Positions 17,023 to 26,053 of a stretch of 40,402 nt of DNA are shown piece by piece. Made by a program: the position numbers and the translations under genes. The notes under the pieces were generated by a model. That model was not told the origin of the DNA, did not search any database, and saw only the letters and a list, made by a program, of their open reading frames with translations. The DNA is from a virus (Duplodnaviria; Caudoviricetes), in IMG/VR virus record IMGVR_UViG_3300009424_000185, positions 1 to 40,402 of that record; one strand, 5' to 3'. Positions within the stretch are counted from its first letter, which is position 1; each line of letters starts with the position of its first letter.

Positions 17023-17272
17023 TGAAGAAGCCCCCTTTCTTTTTGATGAAAGTGATGAAGGTGAAACCTATATTGATAATGCCGCAGTATTTTCTATCGA
17101 CTATGATGCCGAACAGTTGATTATTTTTTACGATGGTACTCGTAATATTGTAATGGAACTGGAAGATGAGAATGAAACTATGCTTTGTGATCGTGTTCTC
17201 TCTGATCCAAACTTTTGGTTGAATTTTGTAAACTCGTTTTCACAAGCCCTTAAGCAAAGCAAAGGACAGTAA
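17015..17272 (+). CDS. Small acidic protein (85 aa)
   Basis: GGAG RBS at 17001-17004. ATG overlaps the end of the upstream ORF. Confidence 0.75.
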   Translation: MTDEEAPFLFDESDEGETYIDNAAVFSIDYDAEQLIIFYDGTRNIVMELEDENETMLCDRVLSDPNFWLNFVNSFSQALKQSKGQ

Positions 17273-18348
17273 TGAATAATAATCCATTTCCATCTAGTTA
17301 TGAAGAATTTATTTACAAGAGCCGATATGCCAAATGGATTGAAGAAGAAAGCCGCCGAGAAGATTGGGAAGAAACAGTCGAACGTCTTGTAAATTATTAT
17401 AATAATCAAGTAGATGAAGAGCTACCTCTTGAAGAGTTGTATTCTGCTATTTACAATCTAGAAGTAATGCCCTCTATGCGGGCTCTTATGACTGCTGGCC
17501 CAGCTATGGACCGTTGTCATGTACCTGCTTACAACTGTGCGTATCTTCCCGTAGATAGTCCTCGTAGCTTTGACGAAACGATGTATATTCTCATGTGTGG
17601 AACAGGAGTAGGATATAGTGTTGAAAGTAAATACATTGACCAACTTCCTCGGATCAGTGAGACGTTTGAAGAAACCGAAACAACTATTCGAGTTGCAGAT
17701 AGTAAAGAAGGGTGGTCTAAGTCTTTTAGAGAACTCATCTCTCTTCTTATTGCAGGCCAAATTCCCCGATGGGACGTATCTAACGTGCGACCTGCCGGAG
17801 AACGACTTAAAACTTTTGGAGGAAGGGCGAGTGGGCCAGAACCTCTTGAAGATTTGTTCCGATTTTGTATTAGCCTCTTTCGAAAGGCAGCAGGCCGTAG
17901 ACTGACTTCAGTAGAATGTCATGACATCATGTGTAAGATTGCAGACATTGTTGTGGTCGGTGGTGTTCGTCGTTCGGCAATGATTTCTTTGTTTGATTGC
18001 ACAGATGACCGTATGTCTAAATCCAAGTTTGGCGCTTGGTGGTATGACAATCCTCATCGGGCTCTTGCTAATAATAGTGCGGTTTACGAAAACCGTAGAC
18101 CTGATGTTGGTTTCTTTATGGAAAAATGGAATGAATTATACCAAAGTAAGTCAGGAGAGCCCGGTTTCTTCTCGCGAGCAGCTTGTCAAAGAATTGCAGG
18201 ACGCAATGGGCGACGCGACGTAAAAGAAATTATCTTAGAGACTAATGAAGGTAAAATTACCCTGAAACCATTTGATAAGGTTGTTATTAATGGTAAAGAA
18301 GGATTCGCGTATGAACTCAAAGAGTCCGACGATTTCTCAATATGTTGA
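17272..18348 (+). CDS. nrdJ: Class II (B12-dependent) ribonucleotide reductase, N-terminal fragment
   Basis: SRYA, MPSMR, YNCAY, GTGVG, FGGRASGP, VVGGVRRSA, NNS and GEPG motifs, then a 42-aa non-RNR tail. Confidence 0.9.
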   Translation: MNNNPFPSSYEEFIYKSRYAKWIEEESRREDWEETVERLVNYYNNQVDEELPLEELYSAIYNLEVMPSMRALMTAGPAMDRCHVPAYNCAYLPVDSPRSFDETMYILMCGTGVGYSVESKYIDQLPRISETFEETETTIRVADSKEGWSKSFRELISLLIAGQIPRWDVSNVRPAGERLKTFGGRASGPEPLEDLFRFCISLFRKAAGRRLTSVECHDIMCKIADIVVVGGVRRSAMISLFDCTDDRMSKSKFGAWWYDNPHRALANNSAVYENRRPDVGFFMEKWNELYQSKSGEPGFFSRAACQRIAGRNGRRDVKEIILETNEGKITLKPFDKVVINGKEGFAYELKESDDFSIC

Positions 18349-18400
18349 TAAAAACGAATACCTGCTAAGAAAGGCGGTGAAATACCTTGAAAGTAATTAA
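18342..18400 (+). pseudogene. Probable remnant of a deleted EndoVII-type homing endonuclease gene
   Basis: ATG at 18342 overlaps the end of nrdJ-N (MLIK...). A third frame reads ...DKNEYLLRKAVKYLESN*, resembling the LxxAxxYL C-terminal helix of endonuclease VII family proteins. Confidence 0.5.
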
Positions 18401-19385
18401 ACGAACCGATGTCAGTAACAACACAGAGTGGGGGACCAACCCTTGCAGTGAAATTATCCTGCGACCATTTCAATTCTGCAACCTTACTGAGGTTGTTGTC
18501 CGAGCAGAAGATACTTTGGAAAATCTTACTAGAAAGGTTAGAATTGCTACAATCCTCGGAACTATTCAGTCTACTTTCACCAACTTCAAATACTTAAGAA
18601 AGAAATGGCAGGATACGTGCAATGAAGAACGACTACTTGGTGTTTCGCTTACGGGTATCTGCGATAATCTCGACCTTGTTGGACGACCAGAAGTTCTTGA
18701 TGAGCTTCGACAAACCGCAGTGGACACAAACAAGGAATGGGCAGAACGACTCGGGATTAACCAAAGCGTTGCAGTCACTTGTGTTAAACCCTCTGGAACT
18801 GTTAGCCAGCTTGTTAATTCTGCTAGCGGTCTACATACTCGCCATGCTCCATATTACCTACGAACTGTTAGGGCTGATAACAAAGACCCTGTTACACAGT
18901 TTCTCAAAGATCAGGGAGTTTATAGTGAACCGTGCGTAATGAAAGGAGATACCACTACAGTATTTTACTTTCCAATTAAAACACCGGAGAATAGCGTAAC
19001 CCGACATGACCAAACTTCTATTGAAGCACTCGATCTTTGGAAAACTCTTCAAGATCATTGGTGTGAACATAAACCCTCTGCCACAATCAACGTCAAGGAA
19101 AATGAATGGCCAAAGGTCGGGGCGTGGGTATATGAGAACTTTGAGAGTCTCTCAGGTGTCTCGTTCCTACCGTATGATGGAGGATCATATAAACAGGCAC
19201 CATATCAAGAACTTACAGAAGAAGAATGGAACGATTGGGTTCAACTTCACCCACCTGTAATTGTAGATTGGAGCGTTCTCAAAGAATATGAGAAGACAGA
19301 TCACACTACGGCATCACAAGAACTCGCTTGCACAGGAAATGTATGCGAGGTTGTAACTATAGGAGAAAGTAATTATGATGGGTAA
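18387..19385 (+). CDS. nrdJ: Class II ribonucleotide reductase, C-terminal fragment
   Basis: GTNPCSE, FCNLTE, LLGVS, VKPSGTVSQL, EHKPSAT and terminal ACTGNVC. AAGGCGGTG RBS before TTG. Confidence 0.9.
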   Translation: MKVIKRTDVSNNTEWGTNPCSEIILRPFQFCNLTEVVVRAEDTLENLTRKVRIATILGTIQSTFTNFKYLRKKWQDTCNEERLLGVSLTGICDNLDLVGRPEVLDELRQTAVDTNKEWAERLGINQSVAVTCVKPSGTVSQLVNSASGLHTRHAPYYLRTVRADNKDPVTQFLKDQGVYSEPCVMKGDTTTVFYFPIKTPENSVTRHDQTSIEALDLWKTLQDHWCEHKPSATINVKENEWPKVGAWVYENFESLSGVSFLPYDGGSYKQAPYQELTEEEWNDWVQLHPPVIVDWSVLKEYEKTDHTTASQELACTGNVCEVVTIGESNYDG

Positions 19386-19527
19386 TGTTCAAATTCGTAG
19401 TATCGAGAATGGATACATTCTTTCGGCCTATGTTCACCCTGAAAACCCAATGACTAGCGGTAAACACGAAGAATGGTATTGTATTGATATTCAGGAAATT
19501 CAAAGTAAGCTTGCTAAATATATATAA
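19375..19527 (+). CDS. Small hypothetical protein (50 aa), absent from the ORF track
   Basis: AGGAG RBS at 19361-19365. MMGNVQIRSIENGYIL...KLAKYI*. Confidence 0.7.
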   Translation: MMGNVQIRSIENGYILSAYVHPENPMTSGKHEEWYCIDIQEIQSKLAKYI

Positions 19528-19551
19528 TTAATTTTTTACAGTAGTCACAAC

Positions 19552-19590
19552 AAAAGGCCCGCCGGGAGAATATCCTAGCGGGCCTTTTTG
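19552..19590. terminator. Bidirectional intrinsic terminator between the convergent arms
   Basis: AAAAGGCCCGC...GCGGGCCTTTTT inverted repeat with A/T tracts on both sides. Confidence 0.9.
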
Positions 19591-19608
19591 TTTATTTTTA
19601 TATTTTTA

Positions 19609-20160
19609 TTATGGTTGTTGGTTAAGCGCCTCTAAAGCCCATTCCCGTACGGTTTTTAGTCTTGCGGTATTTACTGCACAGACATCCGCATCCTCCGGGC
19701 TTATTGCGACATATTCGGAATACTTTGTAGGAACTCCGGTACGCTCACTGGATCGGTTAGAGCTTTCGGAGGGATTGGGGGCAGCGGGCAAATTGCTTCC
19801 GCTGTTCGTACCTCTAGTGGCTCTATCCCGTTGCCAGCGCACGAGATTAGCGCGATACTCAGCAACGAGACTGTTGTAAGCTTCATCAGCTTTTCGCATA
19901 CGTTCATTGTTTTCCCTTTCAATTCGAGCCTTTTCGGCCAGTTGTTCTGCTTCGTACTCAGCCTGAGCCCTACGATAACCTTCTCGGTCAGCAAGACGCC
20001 CAGCTTCTTCTGCCCTAAGTTCAAGACGTACGTTGTCAAGTTTGTTATCAGTGATGTACCAGTTGACAGTCATACCAATAAGAGCTACTGCCGTAGCCAT
20101 GAATACATAGTCTTTAATGCGAGCCCAAATTCCTAGACCGCTTACAAGCCAGTCATGCAT
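19609..20160 (-). CDS. Inner-membrane spanin (Rz-like)
   Basis: N-terminal TM segment, long charged helical region, position downstream of the endolysin. Confidence 0.8.
   Translation of the reverse strand: MHDWLVSGLGIWARIKDYVFMATAVALIGMTVNWYITDNKLDNVRLELRAEEAGRLADREGYRRAQAEYEAEQLAEKARIERENNERMRKADEAYNSLVAEYRANLVRWQRDRATRGTNSGSNLPAAPNPSESSNRSSERTGVPTKYSEYVAISPEDADVCAVNTARLKTVREWALEALNQQP
19701..19907 (-). CDS. Outer-membrane spanin lipoprotein (Rz1-like), embedded in the i-spanin gene
   Basis: MKLTTVSLLSIALIS|C lipobox, Pro-rich mature part with a second Cys, AAAGGGA RBS before ATG 19907 (alternative start 19886). Confidence 0.8.
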   Translation of the reverse strand: MNVCEKLMKLTTVSLLSIALISCAGNGIEPLEVRTAEAICPLPPIPPKALTDPVSVPEFLQSIPNMSQ

Positions 20161-20606
20161 ATCTTGTACTCCTCTTTGCGGCGATTAACAAGACCTCTTA
20201 CGGTTCGCCCTCCCGCTTTGTTGTACCATGTAATAGCTTCACAACCACGAGCAAAGTCCTTTTGATTGAACCTTACGGCTGCTGTACTTCGACAATAAGC
20301 ACGAGAGCCAATGTTATATGCAAGAGAAGTGGCAGCAGCCAATTGATAAGGTCGGCCATCAAGAGTAGGGGTGCACTTGAGAACTCCTGCTTGATAAATA
20401 CTAACAGACTCTCGTAGCATTGCTGTACATTCTTCATCACTATAGCTCCTCATAGGAACATTAGTTTCACCGTAGCAGACTGTCCATACCCCTACGATGT
20501 CCCGGTACGGGTCGTTTCGTTTACCTTCCCATTCTGCAATAAGAGGAACAGAAATAGCAAGAGAACCAATAACAACAATACCGGCTATTGTTTTTTTATT
20601 AGCCAT
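20142..20606 (-). CDS. GH24 lysozyme, SAR-type endolysin
   Basis: E-x8-D-x5-T triad (EGKRNDPYRDIVGVWT), YNIG, GLVNRR..E, and a Gly/Ala/Ser-containing N-terminal hydrophobic anchor. Confidence 0.92.
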   Translation of the reverse strand: MANKKTIAGIVVIGSLAISVPLIAEWEGKRNDPYRDIVGVWTVCYGETNVPMRSYSDEECTAMLRESVSIYQAGVLKCTPTLDGRPYQLAAATSLAYNIGSRAYCRSTAAVRFNQKDFARGCEAITWYNKAGGRTVRGLVNRRKEEYKICMTGL

Positions 20607-20904
20607 CTTTCTGTTGTTCTTTCTTTACTTCTTGTTCAATCTTTTCAAGAAGACGTAGGGCTCTTTCTTCTTTTGCTTTTTCAATAGCAATAATAACATC
20701 ACTTACTCTTAGATAAATAAACCAAATAATTTGAAAAGTTAACCAACCCAATGTTAGGATAAGTACCCAATTCTCTAGGGACACTCCAAGCAGAGTCATA
20801 GTAGCTACAGTAGCAGGTGGCACAGACATAGCTCCTTCCCTAAACATTTCTTGTTTTGAAGCCAAAGTTTGCCCTTGACTAAATAATATATTCGAGGTAC
20901 GCAT
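20599..20904 (-). CDS. Putative holin
   Basis: Small protein with a TM segment and charged C-tail, immediately upstream of the endolysin. Confidence 0.7.
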   Translation of the reverse strand: MRTSNILFSQGQTLASKQEMFREGAMSVPPATVATMTLLGVSLENWVLILTLGWLTFQIIWFIYLRVSDVIIAIEKAKEERALRLLEKIEQEVKKEQQKDG

Positions 20905-20933
20905 TTTAAAATGAACCTTTCATGGTTAGCGTT

Positions 20934-23900
20934 TTAATCTTCAAAGATGATTTCAAGCATATCTTCTTTAGCATACTTTCTAGCATCAGATTTGGCGTTT
21001 TCAATTATTTCTTTCTTTGCTTCGTCTGGAAGGTTTTCCCAAGCTTGTCCTGTTTCTGAAGCATAAATTTCAACAAGCTGTTTAAAGTAGTTATTTACCG
21101 TACCTTCCCATTGTTCATGTGTTGATTTAGAAAGAGTAACAACACCCTCTTCATCTATGTTTACTGTTTCATAAGAGCCGGGAACAGCATCTTTCATGGA
21201 AAATTCACGACTTACTTCAAGACGTTGTTCCGGGTCTGTCGCTCTGTTTCCGTATGTACTTATACCTACCCCAAAGAGACCCGGCATAGTTTTTAAAGTT
21301 GCCTCGAAAAATCCTGTTTCTTCATTAGCAGCTTCGACCATACTCTGCCAGTGCATAGGCATGATACGGCTGGTTGTAGCGCTGTCCGGATCAAGGAAAA
21401 TAACGCTTTCAGAATCAAAAGGATTTAGTTTGAAAGGTGTTCCAATAACATTTTCACCGTCTAGCGCGTCTACTACAAAACTAGCATCAGGAGAAAGTTT
21501 ACCCCTAACAAAACGCCAAGTCCTATCAAACATACTTTCAGAATAAGGGATATTGGTCTTTTCAATTCTACTTGTTTTACCAGTACTAGCAGATTTCTTT
21601 TCGTCTATATCTGTAATGCCAATTTGATTTGCTTGCCACAAAGCATACTGTGTTGCAAAAGTTAAATATTGTCCATACCCTCCAAGAATATCGTAACGAG
21701 TATCTCCTATTTTTATTTTAAGGAAATCCGAACTACGAGGGTCTATCTCTACTTCTGCATCAGGAACCATCATAATAGCTGCGCCCATAGTAAGGGCAGC
21801 AATACTTCCCATTTTAAATAGTTCTTTATACAATTCTTTTCTCACTATAGGATTAAGAGCAGCAAAGTTTCCATTAATAGCTGCTGCTGCTTTATCTGCT
21901 TGAAGAGCATATGCAATTATATTTACTCGACTCTGAATAAGACGAGGAGAAAATAGAACAGTATTAAGCTGAGGAGCCATGCTTTTTAGACCCCCTACAA
22001 GTTCAGCACGGCCTGTGGCAGAGTTAATAAACCTACCAAGGTCTAACAGAAGTTGTGAGTCTATTTCAGGATTACCGTCTTTGTCTTTTAGTATATTGCC
22101 ATCTGCGTCTGTTTTAATATACGGGTTTCCGTCCTTATCTTTCAGACCTTTGAATTTTTCAATATACTTATCAAACATATCGGCCCGAAGCTTGTTAAGA
22201 AAACCAGAATAAGCTTGCTCTGACCATTTAACACCGGGAACCTTACGAGCAAGATCACTTTGGAAATCCTCTTCTCGCGACGATAGCTTACCATCTAGAT
22301 CAGAGAAAGCCAAACGAGCCCTTAACATAAGGTCGTAGGTATCACGTTGCCCAATAGATTTCATCAAGTAATCGTAGTTACGTTTACCTGATTTACCAAC
22401 CATAGAAAACATAGTAATAAAACTACGAACCCATTCAGGATTCCCTACAAAAGTCAAACCCTGTCTAAGAGGAGCAGAAAGGTCCATAGAAGACATAATA
22501 GCACGAGGGAAGTTAGTCACTGATAACCAACTACGAGGTACACTTCGGCCAAGCAGAGGTATCTTGTAATATTCTCCGTTGCTATTTCTTATATCTTTTT
22601 CAAGGGCTTCTTTTCTGCCTTGCATATACCTGAGAAATTCTTCAGGATCGCTAAGGTGTTCTCGGCCTGTTTTCTTTAGATACTCTTTTAGTGTATTCGC
22701 TTTATTACGAGTCCAAACCATCCTTTTATTTGCGTTAAGAGCCCGAGCAAATTCACTCTCTAGTTTAAAAGCACTTTCCGCAATTATTTCCAAAGTATCT
22801 TCTGTTTTGATAAGTTCAAATTCTTTTTCAGGTGTAAAACCTTTAGTTCGTATATCCTCCATTATGTCCAGCGCACGTTCGTTAAGTTTTTGAGCAGCAA
22901 TATCGTAACGCAGTCTACGTTTAACAAGTTCTCCGGGGTTAATTTGAGCTAAACGAATTACTTGATTAGGTTGTACGTTACGGGCAGTTAAATCCTGAAC
23001 AACAGAATCAATTTCAACAGGAGTAGGTTGATAGTTACGAGTAACCCTTTCAAGAAGCTTCAAAGCATCTTCCGAAGCTACAAGGTCTTCTGCTGTAAGT
23101 TCAGTAGGGTCGATAGGATCGTCACCCCTCATGTACTTATTGACAATCTTAGGGGTCTGGTCGTCAAAAACCACGTAGTTGAATTTATCACTACCGTCGT
23201 TCTTACGTGGTTGGTTATGGTGAAGGTTGTTCGCAAGATACCTGTTACCAGTGAAACCGTTGTCTCGAAGAAACTTAGATGCAGCTTCATCTCCTCCAAG
23301 TTTCTCACTTAGAGCTGCATATATATCTCGACCGTCGGTTTCGTCACCTACGACGTTTTCAAGCTTTTTTCGCAAAGCCTGTACTTCAGGTGCAAGTTCT
23401 TGTACTCTTCGAAAAGCTCGATCTTGCTCTACTTCAGGAAGAAAGTCATTTTGGGCGTTACTCCCTTCTTTTTGATGCTCAGCAAACTTTTGAGCATACT
23501 CTACATTAAGTTTATGAAACTCTTCATCAGGAATTATATTAATTCCTGCTTTTTTAAGAACTTCACGAAATTCAGGTTGTTCACTAAGAGGGTTTTCCCA
23601 TTCGAGCCATTTGGCGTCGTCTGGAATTTCTGTCTCCATAACTTTACCAGAATATTCTACTTTGTAATTGTCGTTTACAAATTTAGCAGCTTCATCAAGA
23701 GAGTCTCGAAATTCTTGAGGCATCTGCGGCCAATCAGGGTCTTCTACAGTAGCAAGAAAATTGTCATAGACCGTACGACCTGTGATTTCCCTGTCAGGGT
23801 AGAATTGAGATTTAACAGAAAAAGCTGAGTCTAATGCGTCTATAGCTCCCTCGCTTAAACCTGCTTCTTCAGCTTTAGCTTTTGCAATATCGCGTAGTTG

Positions 23901-26039
23901 CCAAATAGGCCCACGACGACCACCAAAAGAAGTGTCTTGACGACTAAACTTGCTTCGGTATTCTTCAGCAATGTTCTTGACATCAGTTAAATAAGTCCCC
24001 CAACCAAAAACTTGTTGTCCTTCTCCACTACCCATGAAGCTGTGGTCAAAACGATGAAAATCGGTTCCGCTACCATGATAAACCGTAGCGTTCTTTACGA
24101 CACCCGGCACTTCAGCAGTCGGATTACCACTGCGTACATTCTCTTGAGAAACAGCAAGAATACTCTTAACCTCTCGGCTAGAGTACTTAAAGTCGACACC
24201 TATACGACGAGCAGTGTTCTTTACGAGATTAGCAATTACGTCGTAGAAGTCACGAACAATGTTACCATCTTTTTCGGACCACTCAGCAAGAACTTCTTCC
24301 GTAGCCCGAATACGTTGATAGTCTTCCCGAGAGTAAATACCGTTCGGGTCCCCATCAGCATAGGCCTTTGGGTTTTTTGTAATCCATGTATCGACAACAT
24401 CTCTAAACTCACCTGCTCCCCGTGTATAAAACACGTCAAGAGCTTCGTCAAGTTGGCCCCCAAACATCTGTGTAAGACCGTGGTGACCAAGAGCCTCGTG
24501 GAACATAACACTGTCAGTCATAGCTTCTACAGATACGTTACGACGTTCTGCTTGACGTATAATGGCGTCAGTATTTAAAAGTACACGACCATCCTCGGTA
24601 TACACACCAAGAGCTTTAGAGTCAATACCCGGCGCATTTTCTTCAGTGAACCTTGAGAGAACACTTACTTCGCTAGGCGCATTAGACCACCTTCCTGCCA
24701 TTTCAGTGGCACGGGTCTGAAGACTAGCTGAGGTATCACTAAGTTGCGTACGGTACTGTTCAGAGTTTCTGGCAAGGCTACTATCTGGTAGTTCTACTTC
24801 GCTATTTCTAAAACCTGAAGGAGTAGTATCAATAGAAGAAGGTCGTACAGACCTACCAGCTTCTCGTCCGATGGCATTTAGACCAACACTAAGAGCCCCG
24901 GTAAGAGCAGCACTAGCTGCCGTACGCAGGGGATCAAACTCATCTTGAGCGCCATCAGCCATAGCAAGACCTTGACCAACAACATCACCTATCGCAGCTA
25001 CACTTGTATCTACAATAGCACCACGAGCCACATCTCTTGCTCTTTTACCAGAGACTTCAGCAAAGCGAGATGCTTTACGGGCGGCGCTTGCGCCCCGACC
25101 AATGGGAATAAGATCGTAAGGTTCAATAGCAAGAAACTGCCCTACTAGCCAAGGTATTGTATCATCTTTAGATACGCCGAGTTGGGCCGCTTCGCTTATT
25201 TTACGAGCTTCCCAAGCAATATACATGTCTTCTAATTGATCTAGTTCTTCAGGTGTAGCATCAGGAAATTTCTCTTTAAGTTCATCCTGATAAACGTCAA
25301 ATAGATCAGCACCACTACGACTAAGATAGTTGACAAGAGAAGCTGGATCAGCCCATCCTTCAGTAATACTTCTGCTGATTTGTGCAAACCAGTTGTCTCC
25401 ACCAGTTTCTTCAGCAGAATATTCTACAGCTAAAGCTTCTGTATCAACTAAATCTTGAACAGGGTTCTCTTGTACAACAGAACCGTAAAGAATACCTTCT
25501 TCACGAGCCTTAGCAATTTCATCAAGACGTTCTTGAGAAAAAGGTAACACACCCCTTTCCTGCATAAAAATATTTAGACTTTTCAAAGGAACAGTGGGGT
25601 CATTAGCCATTTCCCTCAGAACTTCTCTGTCTACATCAGCTAGAGTGTTATTTGTAGGGGAAAAATCAAACAGATTATCCATCCCCATTTTATAATGATC
25701 TGCTGAAATAGTTACTTTACCCGTAGCACGTTGTTCTATTTCCTGTTGTGTCAAAGGTTCTTCTGGAACGTAGGGCTCTCCGGTAAGTTTATCAACCACT
25801 GTTGATGTACCAATACTTTCGTTAGGCACAGCCCCAGCAGTAGCTACAGGGGGATTAGTCGTTGTAGGAGCAGCGGTAGGTTCTGGTGCCACAGGAGGAG
25901 AATACTCAAAAGCATTCCATTCCTCTTGAGGAATAGATTGAAACTGTTCTAGAGCTTGTTCCTGAGTAATACCATCATCTGCTTCCATACGGTAAGTTTT
26001 ACCGGAAGATGGATCAGTAATCTCATAAATATTAGGCAT
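20934..26039 (-). CDS. Large internal virion/ejection protein with polyvalent-protein-type domains
   Basis: Last and largest gene of the ejection module. HEALGH zincin-like motif and YHGS..F..F...G.G..FGWG.Y ART-like motif. Confidence 0.8.
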   Translation of the reverse strand: MPNIYEITDPSSGKTYRMEADDGITQEQALEQFQSIPQEEWNAFEYSPPVAPEPTAAPTTTNPPVATAGAVPNESIGTSTVVDKLTGEPYVPEEPLTQQEIEQRATGKVTISADHYKMGMDNLFDFSPTNNTLADVDREVLREMANDPTVPLKSLNIFMQERGVLPFSQERLDEIAKAREEGILYGSVVQENPVQDLVDTEALAVEYSAEETGGDNWFAQISRSITEGWADPASLVNYLSRSGADLFDVYQDELKEKFPDATPEELDQLEDMYIAWEARKISEAAQLGVSKDDTIPWLVGQFLAIEPYDLIPIGRGASAARKASRFAEVSGKRARDVARGAIVDTSVAAIGDVVGQGLAMADGAQDEFDPLRTAASAALTGALSVGLNAIGREAGRSVRPSSIDTTPSGFRNSEVELPDSSLARNSEQYRTQLSDTSASLQTRATEMAGRWSNAPSEVSVLSRFTEENAPGIDSKALGVYTEDGRVLLNTDAIIRQAERRNVSVEAMTDSVMFHEALGHHGLTQMFGGQLDEALDVFYTRGAGEFRDVVDTWITKNPKAYADGDPNGIYSREDYQRIRATEEVLAEWSEKDGNIVRDFYDVIANLVKNTARRIGVDFKYSSREVKSILAVSQENVRSGNPTAEVPGVVKNATVYHGSGTDFHRFDHSFMGSGEGQQVFGWGTYLTDVKNIAEEYRSKFSRQDTSFGGRRGPIWQLRDIAKAKAEEAGLSEGAIDALDSAFSVKSQFYPDREITGRTVYDNFLATVEDPDWPQMPQEFRDSLDEAAKFVNDNYKVEYSGKVMETEIPDDAKWLEWENPLSEQPEFREVLKKAGINIIPDEEFHKLNVEYAQKFAEHQKEGSNAQNDFLPEVEQDRAFRRVQELAPEVQALRKKLENVVGDETDGRDIYAALSEKLGGDEAASKFLRDNGFTGNRYLANNLHHNQPRKNDGSDKFNYVVFDDQTPKIVNKYMRGDDPIDPTELTAEDLVASEDALKLLERVTRNYQPTPVEIDSVVQDLTARNVQPNQVIRLAQINPGELVKRRLRYDIAAQKLNERALDIMEDIRTKGFTPEKEFELIKTEDTLEIIAESAFKLESEFARALNANKRMVWTRNKANTLKEYLKKTGREHLSDPEEFLRYMQGRKEALEKDIRNSNGEYYKIPLLGRSVPRSWLSVTNFPRAIMSSMDLSAPLRQGLTFVGNPEWVRSFITMFSMVGKSGKRNYDYLMKSIGQRDTYDLMLRARLAFSDLDGKLSSREEDFQSDLARKVPGVKWSEQAYSGFLNKLRADMFDKYIEKFKGLKDKDGNPYIKTDADGNILKDKDGNPEIDSQLLLDLGRFINSATGRAELVGGLKSMAPQLNTVLFSPRLIQSRVNIIAYALQADKAAAAINGNFAALNPIVRKELYKELFKMGSIAALTMGAAIMMVPDAEVEIDPRSSDFLKIKIGDTRYDILGGYGQYLTFATQYALWQANQIGITDIDEKKSASTGKTSRIEKTNIPYSESMFDRTWRFVRGKLSPDASFVVDALDGENVIGTPFKLNPFDSESVIFLDPDSATTSRIMPMHWQSMVEAANEETGFFEATLKTMPGLFGVGISTYGNRATDPEQRLEVSREFSMKDAVPGSYETVNIDEEGVVTLSKSTHEQWEGTVNNYFKQLVEIYASETGQAWENLPDEAKKEIIENAKSDARKYAKEDMLEIIFED

Positions 26040-26053
26040 TTAGTTACCTTTGT

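Noticed and set aside
18340-18390. Simple sequencing frameshift in nrdJ
   Set aside because: Extra non-RNR sequence, tandem stops and a dedicated RBS argue for a real split, although reads should still be checked.
18220-18410. Group I intron, gene-60-type ribosomal bypass or active intein in nrdJ
   Set aside because: Only 191 nt with no recognisable group I core or frame-restoring U/G splice junctions. No matched take-off and landing codons at the stop. No intein Cys1 or block-B His. The downstream half has its own RBS.
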